Source: Fulvivirga sp.
GTDB lineage: Bacteria > Bacteroidota > Bacteroidia > Cytophagales > Cyclobacteriaceae
Assembly (NCBI RefSeq): GCF_040220315.1
Contig: NZ_JAVJUY010000051.1
Span: 1,580-65,579, forward strand
DNA length: 64,000 bases
Direction: 5' to 3'
The position numbers and the translations under genes were made by a program. The notes under the pieces were generated by a model. The model was not told the DNA's origin. It worked only from the letters and a program-made list of their open reading frames with translations, and ran no database searches. Positions 48,222-58,370 of this stretch are shown piece after piece (the stretch's first letter is position 1; every line of letters starts with the position of its first letter).

Positions 48222-51200
48222 TTATTTATTCAAAGGCTCATATTCTTTAAAAGGCGAGAGGTCAACTTTTTCTAATTCCGTTTTTAAACTACTCCATGTA
48301 GTAGCAAAGAAGTTATCTACTTTTTCGATCTCGGGTTTCATCATCTCAATAGCCTGATTTAATAATCGCTCTTCAGTTGCTCCCGGTTTGTGTAAAGTGG
48401 TAGCTAAATAGAAGTATACACTCTGAAATCGGTCATCCACAGTGGGAAACTCTGTCGCTATTATACCTTGTTTGGTGGAATTGTCCTCACCTATGAGTGG
48501 AATAAATAATTGACCAATGCTATCCTTAGCGGCTTGAGTTTTGTCAATCAGTTCTTTAAATCCTTTCTCATCTTTTTCTTTCATTCTTTTTAGATAGTCA
48601 TCCAAAATACTTTTAGACTCCGCCAATCGGTGAGTAGCCTTGGCCACAATACTGTAGTTGCTTTCAATTTTCTTGTTGAAATCATGCAAAGCCTGAAGGG
48701 TAGCATTAGCAACATCTTTTCGTGGATCGAAGACTACTTTTATAAAAGTAGAATCCTTTTTATCGCCATAGTTAAACACAGCTTTGTAAGTGCCAGGCAC
48801 CACCTGCACGCCACCTGGCTCGGAAGCATTATCTGCCGGAGCTGTTCTCGATGGTGAGTGAAGGCCTTTCTCATTCATGTACCAGTACGTTCTATGAATA
48901 CCATTTTTATCAGGTGCACTGAACTTCAATGTTCGGATCAATGAATTCTCGGCATTATAAATATCAATTCTTACAGAATCATATTTAATTTCCTCTTTTT
49001 CAGTTTTCTCTACAGGCTCTTCAGTTTTACCTTTTTTCTTTTTTGAAGTTTCCTCGGCTTCCTTCTTTTCCTTTTCAGGCTTGTTTATCAAATAGGTAAG
49101 CATTGCAGCCTGTCTTCGGTTCTCACCATTGAATATGGCATCAGCAACAAAGCGGGTTCCTGAGGCTTCCTGACTTATTGATTGATAAGCAGTAGGCGCT
49201 TCAAATACTTTCAATGTACTTTTCAAAATACTTGATTGACTGGCAATGCTTCTCAATGGTCTGATATCATCTAAAACATAGGCAGCTCTACCATAAGTAC
49301 CAATAACAAGATCATGCTCTCTTGGATGAATGACCAAATCCATGGTAGGCACGCTAGGATAATCATTCGTCCATTTTTGCCAGTTCGCACCACCATTAAT
49401 ACTTACATATAATCCACCTTCTGACCCAAGGAACATAAGATTAGGCTCAACAGGGTCTTGAATGAAAGAAAGAGTGTAGTTCCAAACTTCAGATTCATTG
49501 ACCATATTCTTCCAGGTGGCACCATAGTCAGTTGTTCTGAATAAATACGGCTTAAAATCGAAGTTTCTATAGTTGTTAACCACTACAAATGCTTCACCGG
49601 CATTGTAGGTAGATGGCTTTACCTGAGCTACCCAAGATTCTTTTGGCATTCCTGTAATATTCTGGGTAACATTTTGCCATGACTTGCCTCCATCGCGAGT
49701 TACCTGCACATATCCGTCATCAGTTCCAACCCATATGATGCCTTCTTTCACTGGAGATGGAGAAATAGCCAAAATGGTGGTGTTATTTTCAGCACCTGTG
49801 GCATCCATAGTTAAACCACCGCTCAAATACTGCTTTTGCTTATCAGGGTTATTAGTGGTTAAATCTGGAGAAATGATTTCCCACGTAACACCTTTGTCAG
49901 TGCTTTTATGTACAAACTGGCTGCCATAGTATATAGTTGATTTATTAAAAGGATCTTGTGCTAATGCGGCATTCCAGTTAAATCTCAATCGCTGTTTTGG
50001 ATCAGGATGCGTTGGTTGCATATAACGAAAGTGACCTGTAACCCGATCATATCGTAACAACGAACCTTCCTGCCACATAGAGTAACCATATCTGTTGTCG
50101 TCCGGATCCGGCATAACATCAAACCCATCACCAAATGAAATCTCGTGCCAATAAGCATTTCTTATTCCCTGAGATTTCCAAACATAGGCTGGCCCGATCC
50201 AGGAGCCATTGTCTTGCATTCCTCCATACACATTGTATGGATAGTCGTTATCAACATTAATATGATAAAACTGTGCCAGAGGTAGGTTTTCTACAAATCG
50301 CCACGATTTTCCTCTATCCCTGGAGATATTCAGACCGCCATCATTTCCTTCGATAATATACTCCGGGTCTTCAGGGTGAATCCAAAATGCATGATGGTCT
50401 GGATGAACTCCGTGTGTGGTGTTGTAAGCATCCATTAGTTGCGTGAATGTTTTACCACCATCTTCGCTTACGTTCACATAAGTAAAAACAGTATATAGTC
50501 TATTCTCATTAATAGGATCAACATATATTTCAGAGTAGTAAAATGGTCTGTCGCCAATCTCGTTTGTCTTGTCCGAAACCATTGTCCATTTATAACCACC
50601 ATCATCAGATTTGTAAAGGGCGTTTTTCTTTGATTCAATCAATGCATATAATCTGTTTGGATTGCTTTGAGAGATGGCTAGACCTATTCTACCCAAATCA
50701 CCATCGGGGATGCCATCATCTTTCGTGAGTTTTTTCCAATTTTCACCGCCATCTACGGTCATATAAAGTCCAGAACCCGGCCCACCAGATGAGAATGTCC
50801 ATGGTTTTCTTCTATGCTCCCACATAGAAGCAATTAGCTTATTGGGGTTGGTAGGATCCATCACCAATTCGGCACACCCAGTTTTATTATCTACAAATAA
50901 TATTTTGTTCCATGTTTTGCCACCATCAGTTGTTTTGTAAACGCCTCTTTCAGGATGTTCGCCCCACGGGCTACCGATTGCCCCAACATAAACGGTGTTT
51001 GGGTTTAAGGGATCAATTTTGATTCGGTAAATGTTCCTGGTTTTTTCTAAGCCCATCAGCTTCCAACTTTTTCCACCATCTAAACTTTTATAAAGTCCGA
51101 ATCCACCGTTTAAGCTATTTCGAGGGTTTCCTTCACCAGTGCCTGCCCATACTACATTTGGGTTGTTTTGTTGTATGGCCACAGCACCGATGCTCATTAC

Positions 51201-51449
51201 TTTTTCGTCATCAAATACGGGTTCCCAGTTGATACCGCCATTCACTGACTTCCACAATCCACCTGAGGCTGTACCGGCATAAATAATGTCTTTATTTGAA
51301 TGAACTGCATCTATGGCCGTAACACGACCACTCATTCCTGCAGGGCCAATGCTCCTGGGCTGCAGGTCGTTCATAAAGTCCATGTCAAGCTTTTGGCCTG
51401 TTGCCAATGACAGAGCGAAAGCTAGCGCTACAGTAATAATGTATTTCAT
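48222..51449 (-). CDS. VPS10/sortilin-like BNR (Asp-box) beta-propeller protein, putative glycosyl hydrolase
   Basis: IGPAGMSGRV N-terminus, many S/T-x-D-G-G-x-x-W repeats, GGMQDNGSW; start moved to ATG 51449 (signal peptide). Confidence 0.85.
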   Translation of the reverse strand: MKYIITVALAFALSLATGQKLDMDFMNDLQPRSIGPAGMSGRVTAIDAVHSNKDIIYAGTASGGLWKSVNGGINWEPVFDDEKVMSIGAVAIQQNNPNVVWAGTGEGNPRNSLNGGFGLYKSLDGGKSWKLMGLEKTRNIYRIKIDPLNPNTVYVGAIGSPWGEHPERGVYKTTDGGKTWNKILFVDNKTGCAELVMDPTNPNKLIASMWEHRRKPWTFSSGGPGSGLYMTVDGGENWKKLTKDDGIPDGDLGRIGLAISQSNPNRLYALIESKKNALYKSDDGGYKWTMVSDKTNEIGDRPFYYSEIYVDPINENRLYTVFTYVNVSEDGGKTFTQLMDAYNTTHGVHPDHHAFWIHPEDPEYIIEGNDGGLNISRDRGKSWRFVENLPLAQFYHINVDNDYPYNVYGGMQDNGSWIGPAYVWKSQGIRNAYWHEISFGDGFDVMPDPDDNRYGYSMWQEGSLLRYDRVTGHFRYMQPTHPDPKQRLRFNWNAALAQDPFNKSTIYYGSQFVHKSTDKGVTWEIISPDLTTNNPDKQKQYLSGGLTMDATGAENNTTILAISPSPVKEGIIWVGTDDGYVQVTRDGGKSWQNVTQNITGMPKESWVAQVKPSTYNAGEAFVVVNNYRNFDFKPYLFRTTDYGATWKNMVNESEVWNYTLSFIQDPVEPNLMFLGSEGGLYVSINGGANWQKWTNDYPSVPTMDLVIHPREHDLVIGTYGRAAYVLDDIRPLRSIASQSSILKSTLKVFEAPTAYQSISQEASGTRFVADAIFNGENRRQAAMLTYLINKPEKEKKEAEETSKKKKGKTEEPVEKTEKEEIKYDSVRIDIYNAENSLIRTLKFSAPDKNGIHRTYWYMNEKGLHSPSRTAPADNASEPGGVQVVPGTYKAVFNYGDKKDSTFIKVVFDPRKDVANATLQALHDFNKKIESNYSIVAKATHRLAESKSILDDYLKRMKEKDEKGFKELIDKTQAAKDSIGQLFIPLIGEDNSTKQGIIATEFPTVDDRFQSVYFYLATTLHKPGATEERLLNQAIEMMKPEIEKVDNFFATTWSSLKTELEKVDLSPFKEYEPLNK

Positions 51450-51550
51450 AGTTTTAAGATTATCCAAAAGCATAAAATTGCTTTTAAAGGGACACAAATT
51501 CAATAGATTTAGATATGATCTTATGAAATATTACACGAACGGAGACAGGG

Positions 51551-52300
51551 CTATAAAAAGCTCACTTCTTTAAAGTTGAATTCTTTTAATCCGGTAAAAG
51601 TTTCAATCTGCAATTTCCCGTCTTTAGATATGCCAATGATCCTTCCTCTAAATTCAGAGTCAGACTTAAACAGCCGCTCTTCTTCATAGCCTAAAAGGTT
51701 ACTTAGATATTGTTCTTTTAAATTAGCTACATTGTTGGCTCTAAGCTTGAAAATGTTGTTTTCCAGGCTTTGAATTAAATCTGCAAGAACATTCTGAAGG
51801 TTGAACTCAATACCTGTTTCTTTGAAAATAGATGTGGCCGATTCTAGTTCGAACTGTTGTTGATTGATGTTTAATCCAATACCCAAAACGCTATCCTCTA
51901 TACGGTTTGATTTTATGGTGTTTTGAATGAGGATGCCTGCAATTTTCTTGGACTTAACATAAATGTCATTAGGCCATTTCACTTTCACGTGATTTACATA
52001 TTTGCTTAGTACATCGTATATAGCTAGTGATGCTACAATGTTCAGGTAAAACTGATCGGTAGCCGTTAAATACCTGGGATGCAATATAATCGAGAAAGTC
52101 AGGTTTTTTTTGGGCTCAGAATACCAAGAATTACCCCTTTGACCTTTACCCGCTGTTTGATGGTCTGTTATCACGACTGTACCCTCTTGAGGTGAGCCAT
52201 TTCTGATAAGGTCGGACGCCACGTCATTAGTTGAGTGACAAGATGGCAGGTAAATTACCTTTTTGCCCATAAATAAAGTTTTGGCAAGAATTTTATACAA
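51551..52300 (-). CDS. birA: Biotin--protein ligase (no N-terminal HTH)
   Basis: STND, QTAGKGQRGNSW, KWPND, KIAGILIQN; start moved to TTG 52300 (MYKILAKTLF). Confidence 0.93.
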   Translation of the reverse strand: MYKILAKTLFMGKKVIYLPSCHSTNDVASDLIRNGSPQEGTVVITDHQTAGKGQRGNSWYSEPKKNLTFSIILHPRYLTATDQFYLNIVASLAIYDVLSKYVNHVKVKWPNDIYVKSKKIAGILIQNTIKSNRIEDSVLGIGLNINQQQFELESATSIFKETGIEFNLQNVLADLIQSLENNIFKLRANNVANLKEQYLSNLLGYEEERLFKSDSEFRGRIIGISKDGKLQIETFTGLKEFNFKEVSFL

Positions 52301-52309
52301 GTATTTTTG

Positions 52310-52336
52310 TAGTTTTGATACGTATAACCAAAGATA
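52310..52336. promoter_or_regulatory. Face-to-face -7 elements for rsfS-ftsH (+) and birA (-)
   Basis: TAGTTTTG at 52310-52317 (+) and TATCTTTG at 52336-52329 (-), both perfect TAnnTTTG. Confidence 0.65.
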
Positions 52337-52340
52337 CTGA

Positions 52341-52712
52341 ATGGATGTAAATAAGGGTCTAGCTCCTTCCGAATTGTTAAGTGAGGTTGTGGTGAGGGGT
52401 ATGCAGGAGAAGAAAGCTTCTGACATCGTTGTTCTTGATCTTAGAAATGTAAAAAATGCAGTTGCGGACTATTTCGTAATATGTTCTGGTAACTCCGATA
52501 CACAGATTGATGCTATTGCTGATTCCGTAGATGAGCAAGTACACAAAGAATTAAAACAAAACCCATGGCATCAAGAAGGAAAATCTAATAAAGAATGGCT
52601 TCTGTTAGATTATGTTGATGTAGTTGCTCACATCTTTAAAAAAGAGAAAAGAGAATATTACTCACTCGAGAATTTATGGGGTGATGCCAAAATTATTTCC
52701 ATAGAAGCCTAA
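52341..52712 (+). CDS. rsfS: Ribosome silencing factor
   Basis: KKASDIVVLDL, DYFVICSG, WLLLDYVDVVAHIF, YYSLENLWGDA. Confidence 0.95.
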   Translation: MDVNKGLAPSELLSEVVVRGMQEKKASDIVVLDLRNVKNAVADYFVICSGNSDTQIDAIADSVDEQVHKELKQNPWHQEGKSNKEWLLLDYVDVVAHIFKKEKREYYSLENLWGDAKIISIEA

Positions 52713-52757
52713 ACAATAAGTATTTATAATCGTTGCAAACGAGAAACAATTTAAGTA

Positions 52758-54818
52758 ATGCCAGATAAGAAAAAACTTGTACCTAAACCGCAAAGACCAA
52801 ACTATCAGGTTTGGATCATTGCTGCATTAATAGCCTTAATATTTGGGATAACATATTTTAACGGAGCCAGTAACCTGATTCCGATTACCATGACCAAGTT
52901 TGAGAATATGATGCTTAGCAACGATGTTGAGCGCGTGGTTTTGGTGAGAAATCAGAATTATGTGGAGGTAACCCTGAAACCAGAGGCTCTGCAAAATGCG
53001 AAATATAAAGCCGAATTAGAAAAGAATAATACGTTTGGTGTGAATACCGGGCCGCATTACAAACTCAAAGTAGGCACCATTGATAGTTTCCTTGATAGCT
53101 ATGACGAGCTAAGCAAAAAACTTCCTAGGGACCAGCAGGTAGATGTAGAATATGACGACAAGTCTGACTTCGTTAACATGATGTGGAATTGGGGCTTTTT
53201 ACTATTTATATTGTTAGGCTTCTGGTTCTTGATGCGTAGAATGACAGGTGGCGGTGGCCCAGGAGGACAAATTTTCAATATTGGTAAATCTAAAGCTGCT
53301 TTATTCGATGCTGAGAACAAGGTAAAAATCACCTTTGATAATGTTGCCGGTCTTGATGAGGCCAAAGAAGAGGTAAAAGAAATTGTAGACTTCCTAAAAA
53401 CGCCAAGTAAATTCACAAAACTAGGTGGTAAAATACCTAAAGGCGCATTGCTTGTAGGCCCTCCGGGAACAGGTAAAACATTGTTGGCAAAAGCAGTAGC
53501 TGGGGAAGCAGGCGTACCCTTCTTCACATTATCAGGTTCTGATTTCGTGGAGATGTTTGTGGGTGTGGGTGCTGCCAGGGTAAGGGATTTATTTAAGCAA
53601 GCCAAAGAAAAAGCACCTTGTATTGTATTTATAGATGAAATTGACGCAATCGGTAGATCTAGAGGTAGAGGACAAATGCCTGGCTCTAATGATGAGCGTG
53701 AAAATACATTGAACTCGTTACTCGTAGAGATGGATGGTTTCTCAACGGATTCGGGGGTAATCATTCTTGCTGCCACAAACAGACCAGATGTGCTAGACTC
53801 TGCCTTGATGAGACCTGGCCGTTTTGACAGACAAATAAGTATTGATAAACCGGATATCGTGGGCCGTGAGGCAATCTTTAAAGTGCATTTGAAGCCGTTG
53901 AAAATGGCTAAGGATGTTGATCCAAAAAAATTAGCTGCTCAGACTCCTGGTTTTGCAGGTGCAGAAATTGCCAATGTGTGTAATGAAGCAGCACTAATCG
54001 CAGCCAGAAGAGATAAAGAAGCAGTTCATCTTCAAGACTTTCATGATGCCATTGATCGTGTGATTGGAGGGTTGGAGAAAAAGAATAAAATAATATCTCC
54101 TGAAGAAAAGAAAATTGTTGCTTACCATGAGGCAGGCCATGCAGTAGCTGGTTGGTTCTTAGAGCATGCTGACCCGTTGGTTAAAGTGAGTATCGTTCCA
54201 AGAGGTGTAGCTGCATTAGGTTATGCTCAATATTTGCCGAAAGAGCAGTTCTTATATCAAACCGAACAGCTAATGGATGAAATGTGCATGGCATTGGGCG
54301 GTAGAGCTGCAGAGGAACTAACCTTTGGGAAAATTTCTACAGGAGCGCTAAGCGATTTGGAGAGGGTTACTAAGCTAGCCTACAGTATTGTAACTGTCTA
54401 TGGTATGAATGATAAAATCGGAAACGTTTCATTCTACGACTCCAAGCAAAGTGATTATAATTTCACAAAGCCATATTCTGATACTACTGCTGAGACAATA
54501 GACTCTGAAGTAAGAAACTTAATTGAAGGAGCGTATAAAAGAACACTCGATTTGTTAAAAGACAAAAGAGATAAGCTTGAGATTCTCGCTAAGGAACTGT
54601 TAGAGAAAGAAATTATTTTCCAGACAGATTTGGAGAGATTGATTGGAAAAAGGCCTTTTGAGCACCAAACTTCTTATGAAGCATTTACCAACAACACTAA
54701 TGGGAAGGCGAATAAAGAAGAGGATAAAGCTACTGATCAAGAAGAAAAGCCTGAGGATCAAACGAGTGAAGAAGTAACCGCTAATGATGTTGATAAAAAC
54801 GTTAGTGGCGAAGATTAA
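52758..54818 (+). CDS. ftsH: ATP-dependent zinc metalloprotease FtsH
   Basis: Two TMs, GPPGTGKT, FIDEID, SRH motif ATNRPDVLD..LMRPGRFDR, HEAGH. Confidence 0.98.
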   Translation: MPDKKKLVPKPQRPNYQVWIIAALIALIFGITYFNGASNLIPITMTKFENMMLSNDVERVVLVRNQNYVEVTLKPEALQNAKYKAELEKNNTFGVNTGPHYKLKVGTIDSFLDSYDELSKKLPRDQQVDVEYDDKSDFVNMMWNWGFLLFILLGFWFLMRRMTGGGGPGGQIFNIGKSKAALFDAENKVKITFDNVAGLDEAKEEVKEIVDFLKTPSKFTKLGGKIPKGALLVGPPGTGKTLLAKAVAGEAGVPFFTLSGSDFVEMFVGVGAARVRDLFKQAKEKAPCIVFIDEIDAIGRSRGRGQMPGSNDERENTLNSLLVEMDGFSTDSGVIILAATNRPDVLDSALMRPGRFDRQISIDKPDIVGREAIFKVHLKPLKMAKDVDPKKLAAQTPGFAGAEIANVCNEAALIAARRDKEAVHLQDFHDAIDRVIGGLEKKNKIISPEEKKIVAYHEAGHAVAGWFLEHADPLVKVSIVPRGVAALGYAQYLPKEQFLYQTEQLMDEMCMALGGRAAEELTFGKISTGALSDLERVTKLAYSIVTVYGMNDKIGNVSFYDSKQSDYNFTKPYSDTTAETIDSEVRNLIEGAYKRTLDLLKDKRDKLEILAKELLEKEIIFQTDLERLIGKRPFEHQTSYEAFTNNTNGKANKEEDKATDQEEKPEDQTSEEVTANDVDKNVSGED

Positions 54819-54845
54819 TCATTTAAAGAAATAACTATATAAAGG

Positions 54846-54879
54846 AATCAGGCGTGTAAGCGCTTGATTTTTTATTTTT
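54846..54879 (+). terminator. Probable intrinsic terminator after ftsH
   Basis: AATCAGGCG / CGCTTGATT stem (one G-U pair) followed by T-rich tract. Confidence 0.7.
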
Positions 54880-54885
54880 GGAGCG

Positions 54886-55668
54886 ATGCAATTTAAAGTT
54901 CACGATAACATCCAAAGCCTTAATGGCAAGAAGGTATACTTCGCTTCAGATTTCCACCTGGGCGCACCAAATAAGGCAACCAGCTTGGAAAGAGAAAAGA
55001 AGATCGTTCGTTGGCTCGATCAGGTGAAAGGAGATGCCCATTCCATTTATTTAGTAGGTGATATTTTTGATTTTTGGTTTGAGTATAAGCATGCTGTGCC
55101 CAAGGGCTATATTCGTTTACTTGGAAAAATAGCAGAAATTAAAGACTCCGGTATTCCTATCGTGTTTTTTACAGGCAACCATGATATGTGGATGTTTGAT
55201 TACTTTCCAACAGAATTGGGCATTCCTGTGTATCGCGATCCGCAGCAGCTGATTGTGGGTAATCAAAAATTACTTATTGGCCATGGAGATGGCTTGGGAC
55301 CGGGCGACCATATGTATAAGTTTTTGAAGCGAATTTTTGAGTCTAAAATAAGCCAGTGGTTGTTTGCAAGATTCCATCCAAACTTTGGAATTGGATTTGC
55401 AACCCGTTGGTCCCATAGCAGCCGCGTTAGTAACACTAAGAAAGAGGAAGATAAGTTTTTGGGCGATAGAGAGTACTTGTGGCAATACTGTAAGGATGTT
55501 GAAAAGAAAGAGCATCACGATTATTACATATTTGGGCATAGGCACTTGCCATTAAATTTAGAAGTAGGAGAGAACTCTAAATATATTAACCTTGGCGAAT
55601 GGGTCAATTATTGTACCTATGGTGTTTACGATGGTGAAGATTATCAATTACTTACCTTTGAAGATTAA
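54886..55668 (+). CDS. lpxH: UDP-2,3-diacylglucosamine diphosphatase (LpxH-like metallophosphoesterase)
   Basis: SDFHLG, GDIFD, GNHD, HGD, GHRH motifs. Confidence 0.85.
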   Translation: MQFKVHDNIQSLNGKKVYFASDFHLGAPNKATSLEREKKIVRWLDQVKGDAHSIYLVGDIFDFWFEYKHAVPKGYIRLLGKIAEIKDSGIPIVFFTGNHDMWMFDYFPTELGIPVYRDPQQLIVGNQKLLIGHGDGLGPGDHMYKFLKRIFESKISQWLFARFHPNFGIGFATRWSHSSRVSNTKKEEDKFLGDREYLWQYCKDVEKKEHHDYYIFGHRHLPLNLEVGENSKYINLGEWVNYCTYGVYDGEDYQLLTFED

Positions 55669-56443
55669 TATTACACTCTGTTGTCTGTTTGTTATTTCAA
55701 ATGCATTTGGACAATTGATTTATACGGATAGTATCCAAGTTGATAATATTGATAAAATTTCGGTTGACAGGCTTGGCAATGTCTATCTTGGCGATGAGCT
55801 GGGCAATGTTTTTCAATATAACCAGTCGCTTAAGCTTGAAGCGGAATATTCACCATCGAGAAAAGGGAACATTGCGGTATTGGAAGCATGGAATCCGCTA
55901 AAGTTGTTCGTTAGTTATTCAGATCTTCAGGAGGTGGTTTATCTTGACCGGTTTCTTGTCAGCGAAAACAGATTTAATTTAAATATAGCTTCTTCTTTTG
56001 TTGGAATGGCAGCACCATCGTTGGATAATAACTTGTGGTTGGTAGATTATTCGAAATTTAGTTTGATTAAATACAATCAATCATTTGATCAAGTAGAAAT
56101 TGAACGTCCATTTGATCTATTACTTGATCCGGATAATTATGAAATCACTCATATTAGAGAGCATCAGAACCTTTTATTTATTAGCGATAAGAAAAGTGGG
56201 GTTTTAGTATTCGATAATTTAGGCAATTATCTATACACTATCAATGCCCTTGGTGTAGAGAGTTTTAATTTTTTCGGCAATTCTATTGTGTTTATAAGTA
56301 AAGGTTTTGTTTATGAAAAGGATATTTACACCAATATAGAAAACAAATGGAAAGTGGGGAATGAGTTTATTGCGCTTGTTAAAAGTAAAGAATATTACTA
56401 TTTATTGGGTAAAAAAGCACTATTTAAAGGCTATAAACGATGA
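55658..56443 (+). CDS. Conserved exported hypothetical protein (beta-propeller-like)
   Basis: Start moved to TTG 55658 giving a signal peptide; SVDRLGNVY, LDRFL, DNNLWLVD, VFDNLGNY repeats. Confidence 0.7.
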   Translation: MKINITLCCLFVISNAFGQLIYTDSIQVDNIDKISVDRLGNVYLGDELGNVFQYNQSLKLEAEYSPSRKGNIAVLEAWNPLKLFVSYSDLQEVVYLDRFLVSENRFNLNIASSFVGMAAPSLDNNLWLVDYSKFSLIKYNQSFDQVEIERPFDLLLDPDNYEITHIREHQNLLFISDKKSGVLVFDNLGNYLYTINALGVESFNFFGNSIVFISKGFVYEKDIYTNIENKWKVGNEFIALVKSKEYYYLLGKKALFKGYKR

Positions 56444-56521
56444 TTTTTGAAAAATCCCACTCTTTGGGGGATTTACTTTTATCAGAAAAGGGTGACCTTA
56501 GATATCAAGTTCTGATTGATT

Positions 56522-56577
56522 CGAAAAAGACCTCCCCCGATTAACCAAAAGTGGATTAAGAAAGGGAGGTTTTTTCG
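56522..56577. terminator. Long bulged hairpin, possible bidirectional terminator
   Basis: CGAAAAAGACCTCCC ... GGGAGGTTTTTTCG arms with inner TTAACC/GGATTAA pairing. Confidence 0.55.
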
Positions 56578-56621
56578 TATAGCCCTTCAAACATTTTTCC
56601 TGGTGCCCGTGTTACTTCATT

Positions 56622-56894
56622 GTGATATTAACAGAGCAAACAATCGACAGAATTATTGAAATGGCCTGGGAAGATAGAACTCCCTTTAATGCCATTGAAG
56701 ATCAATTTGGCGTATCCGAGAAAGAAGTAATCAAGCTCATGCGCTTAAACATGAAACCCTCCAGTTTTAGAATGTGGCGCAAGAGGGTTCAGGGAAGATC
56801 AACAAAACATGCCCAAAAGCACACCGAAGTTGGTACTCGATTTAAAAGTTCTAGGCAAAAATCAATCTCCCACAACCATATTTCAAAGCGTTAA
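56622..56894 (+). CDS. TIGR03643/DUF2805-family protein
   Basis: IDRIIEMAWEDRTPF, SSFRMWRKRVQGR.TKH; GTG start. Confidence 0.88.
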   Translation: MILTEQTIDRIIEMAWEDRTPFNAIEDQFGVSEKEVIKLMRLNMKPSSFRMWRKRVQGRSTKHAQKHTEVGTRFKSSRQKSISHNHISKR

Positions 56895-58370
56895 CTACCT
56901 AAGATAAAAAGAATAGTAACCGGACCTTCCTTTACTGTTCACACCTTCGATAATAACCCTACCACGAATTTTCTCCAGTATATTAACGAGCCTTTCAGGG
57001 TCTTTTATGGCATTTCTATTTATGTCTGTAATGATAAAATCTTCTGTAATACCTATTCTTTTAATCAATCCATTTTGAATATTAAATACTTTAACACCAT
57101 ATTCGATACCTAGCAGATCGCGCTCTACTTTTGGCACAGTTTCGAAATTAGCCCCTAGCGACTCTGAAGTAAAAATCTCGCGCTTGAGTATCGATGTTGT
57201 TCCTTCTCTATTAGTTAAAACTAATGAGGCTGTTTTGATTTCACCTTTTCGTTTATAGGTTAAGCTGATTTTATCCCCTGGTGAGTGATAACTCAATTCT
57301 TCTTCAAACTCACTACGGCTATTGATTGATCGTTCATCAAACTTCACGATGATATCTCCTTCTTTTAGACCTGCCTTGTAAGATGAGCCATCTTCTTGAA
57401 CATACGTTAACAGCACGCCTTCAATATTGTCAGAATCAATATCAATATCTAATCTTTCAGCTACTGAAGAATCGAAATCGCGAACCTCGCCACCGAAGAA
57501 GGCCTTTTGAACTTCGCCATACTCAATGATGTCGCCTACTATTTTCTTTACAATATCTACAGGTACGGCAAAGCCATAGCCATTATAAGTGCCTGTTCGT
57601 GTTAAAATAGCGGTATTAATTCCCACCAATTCGCCTTTCTTATTTACCAAAGCGCCACCACTATTCCCAGGGTTAATAGCTGCATCCGTTTGGATGAAAG
57701 ATTCAATAGGAAATTTACCTTCTAAAATATTTATTTCCCGGCCTTTGGCACTTACAATTCCGGCAGTTACTGTAGAAGTTAAGTTAAATGGGTTACCAAC
57801 GGCAATTACCCATTCACCTACTTGTAAACTTTTGGCTGTTCCGATCTGGATATTCGGCAAATTCTTTCCTTCAATTTTTAGAACAGCTAAGTCTGTGGAT
57901 GGGTCGGTACCCACAAGTTTAGCGTCATAAACCTTTTTGTTGAAAACTACTTCCAACCTGTCGGCACCATTTACAACGTGATTATTCGAAACTATGTAGC
58001 CATCTTTTGAAAAAATAACGCCTGAACCACTACTCACTTGCTGCGTTTTGCTCGGCTCCCGGTCAAAGAACCAATCCAGGTAGCTTCTTGAATAGGTGTA
58101 TTCCGAAATATTTTTGATATATACCACACTCGAAGTACTTAGCTTGCTTGCTGTAATAAAGTCATCATTTATATCTGTTGGTAATGCATCGCGCAGCGAT
58201 GAAGCTGATTTTGGGGATTCTTCAAAAGTATTGCGAGCAAATTTATTCAGTGAATCTGCTTCATATGTTGCTAATTCTGGTAAATTTTTTTGTGCCAGCT
58301 CATGAAAGGTATAAGCGCCAGCTAGCCCTGCTAAAAATGAAATTGTTAGTATAGATAAAGTCTTTCGCAT
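56895..58370 (-). CDS. htrA: DegP/DegQ (HtrA) serine protease with PDZ domains
   Basis: SSGSGVI, NNHVV, TDLAVLK, TDAAINPGNSGG; two PDZ-like regions; start moved to ATG 58370. Confidence 0.93.
   Translation of the reverse strand: MRKTLSILTISFLAGLAGAYTFHELAQKNLPELATYEADSLNKFARNTFEESPKSASSLRDALPTDINDDFITASKLSTSSVVYIKNISEYTYSRSYLDWFFDREPSKTQQVSSGSGVIFSKDGYIVSNNHVVNGADRLEVVFNKKVYDAKLVGTDPSTDLAVLKIEGKNLPNIQIGTAKSLQVGEWVIAVGNPFNLTSTVTAGIVSAKGREINILEGKFPIESFIQTDAAINPGNSGGALVNKKGELVGINTAILTRTGTYNGYGFAVPVDIVKKIVGDIIEYGEVQKAFFGGEVRDFDSSVAERLDIDIDSDNIEGVLLTYVQEDGSSYKAGLKEGDIIVKFDERSINSRSEFEEELSYHSPGDKISLTYKRKGEIKTASLVLTNREGTTSILKREIFTSESLGANFETVPKVERDLLGIEYGVKVFNIQNGLIKRIGITEDFIITDINRNAIKDPERLVNILEKIRGRVIIEGVNSKGRSGYYSFYLR

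Noticed and set aside
52301-52426. N-terminal extension of BirA as a DNA-binding domain
   Set aside because: The extension overlaps rsfS and its promoter and has no HTH; TTG 52300 is the better start.
53099-53776. 225-aa minus-strand ORF
   Set aside because: Antisense shadow of the FtsH AAA domain.
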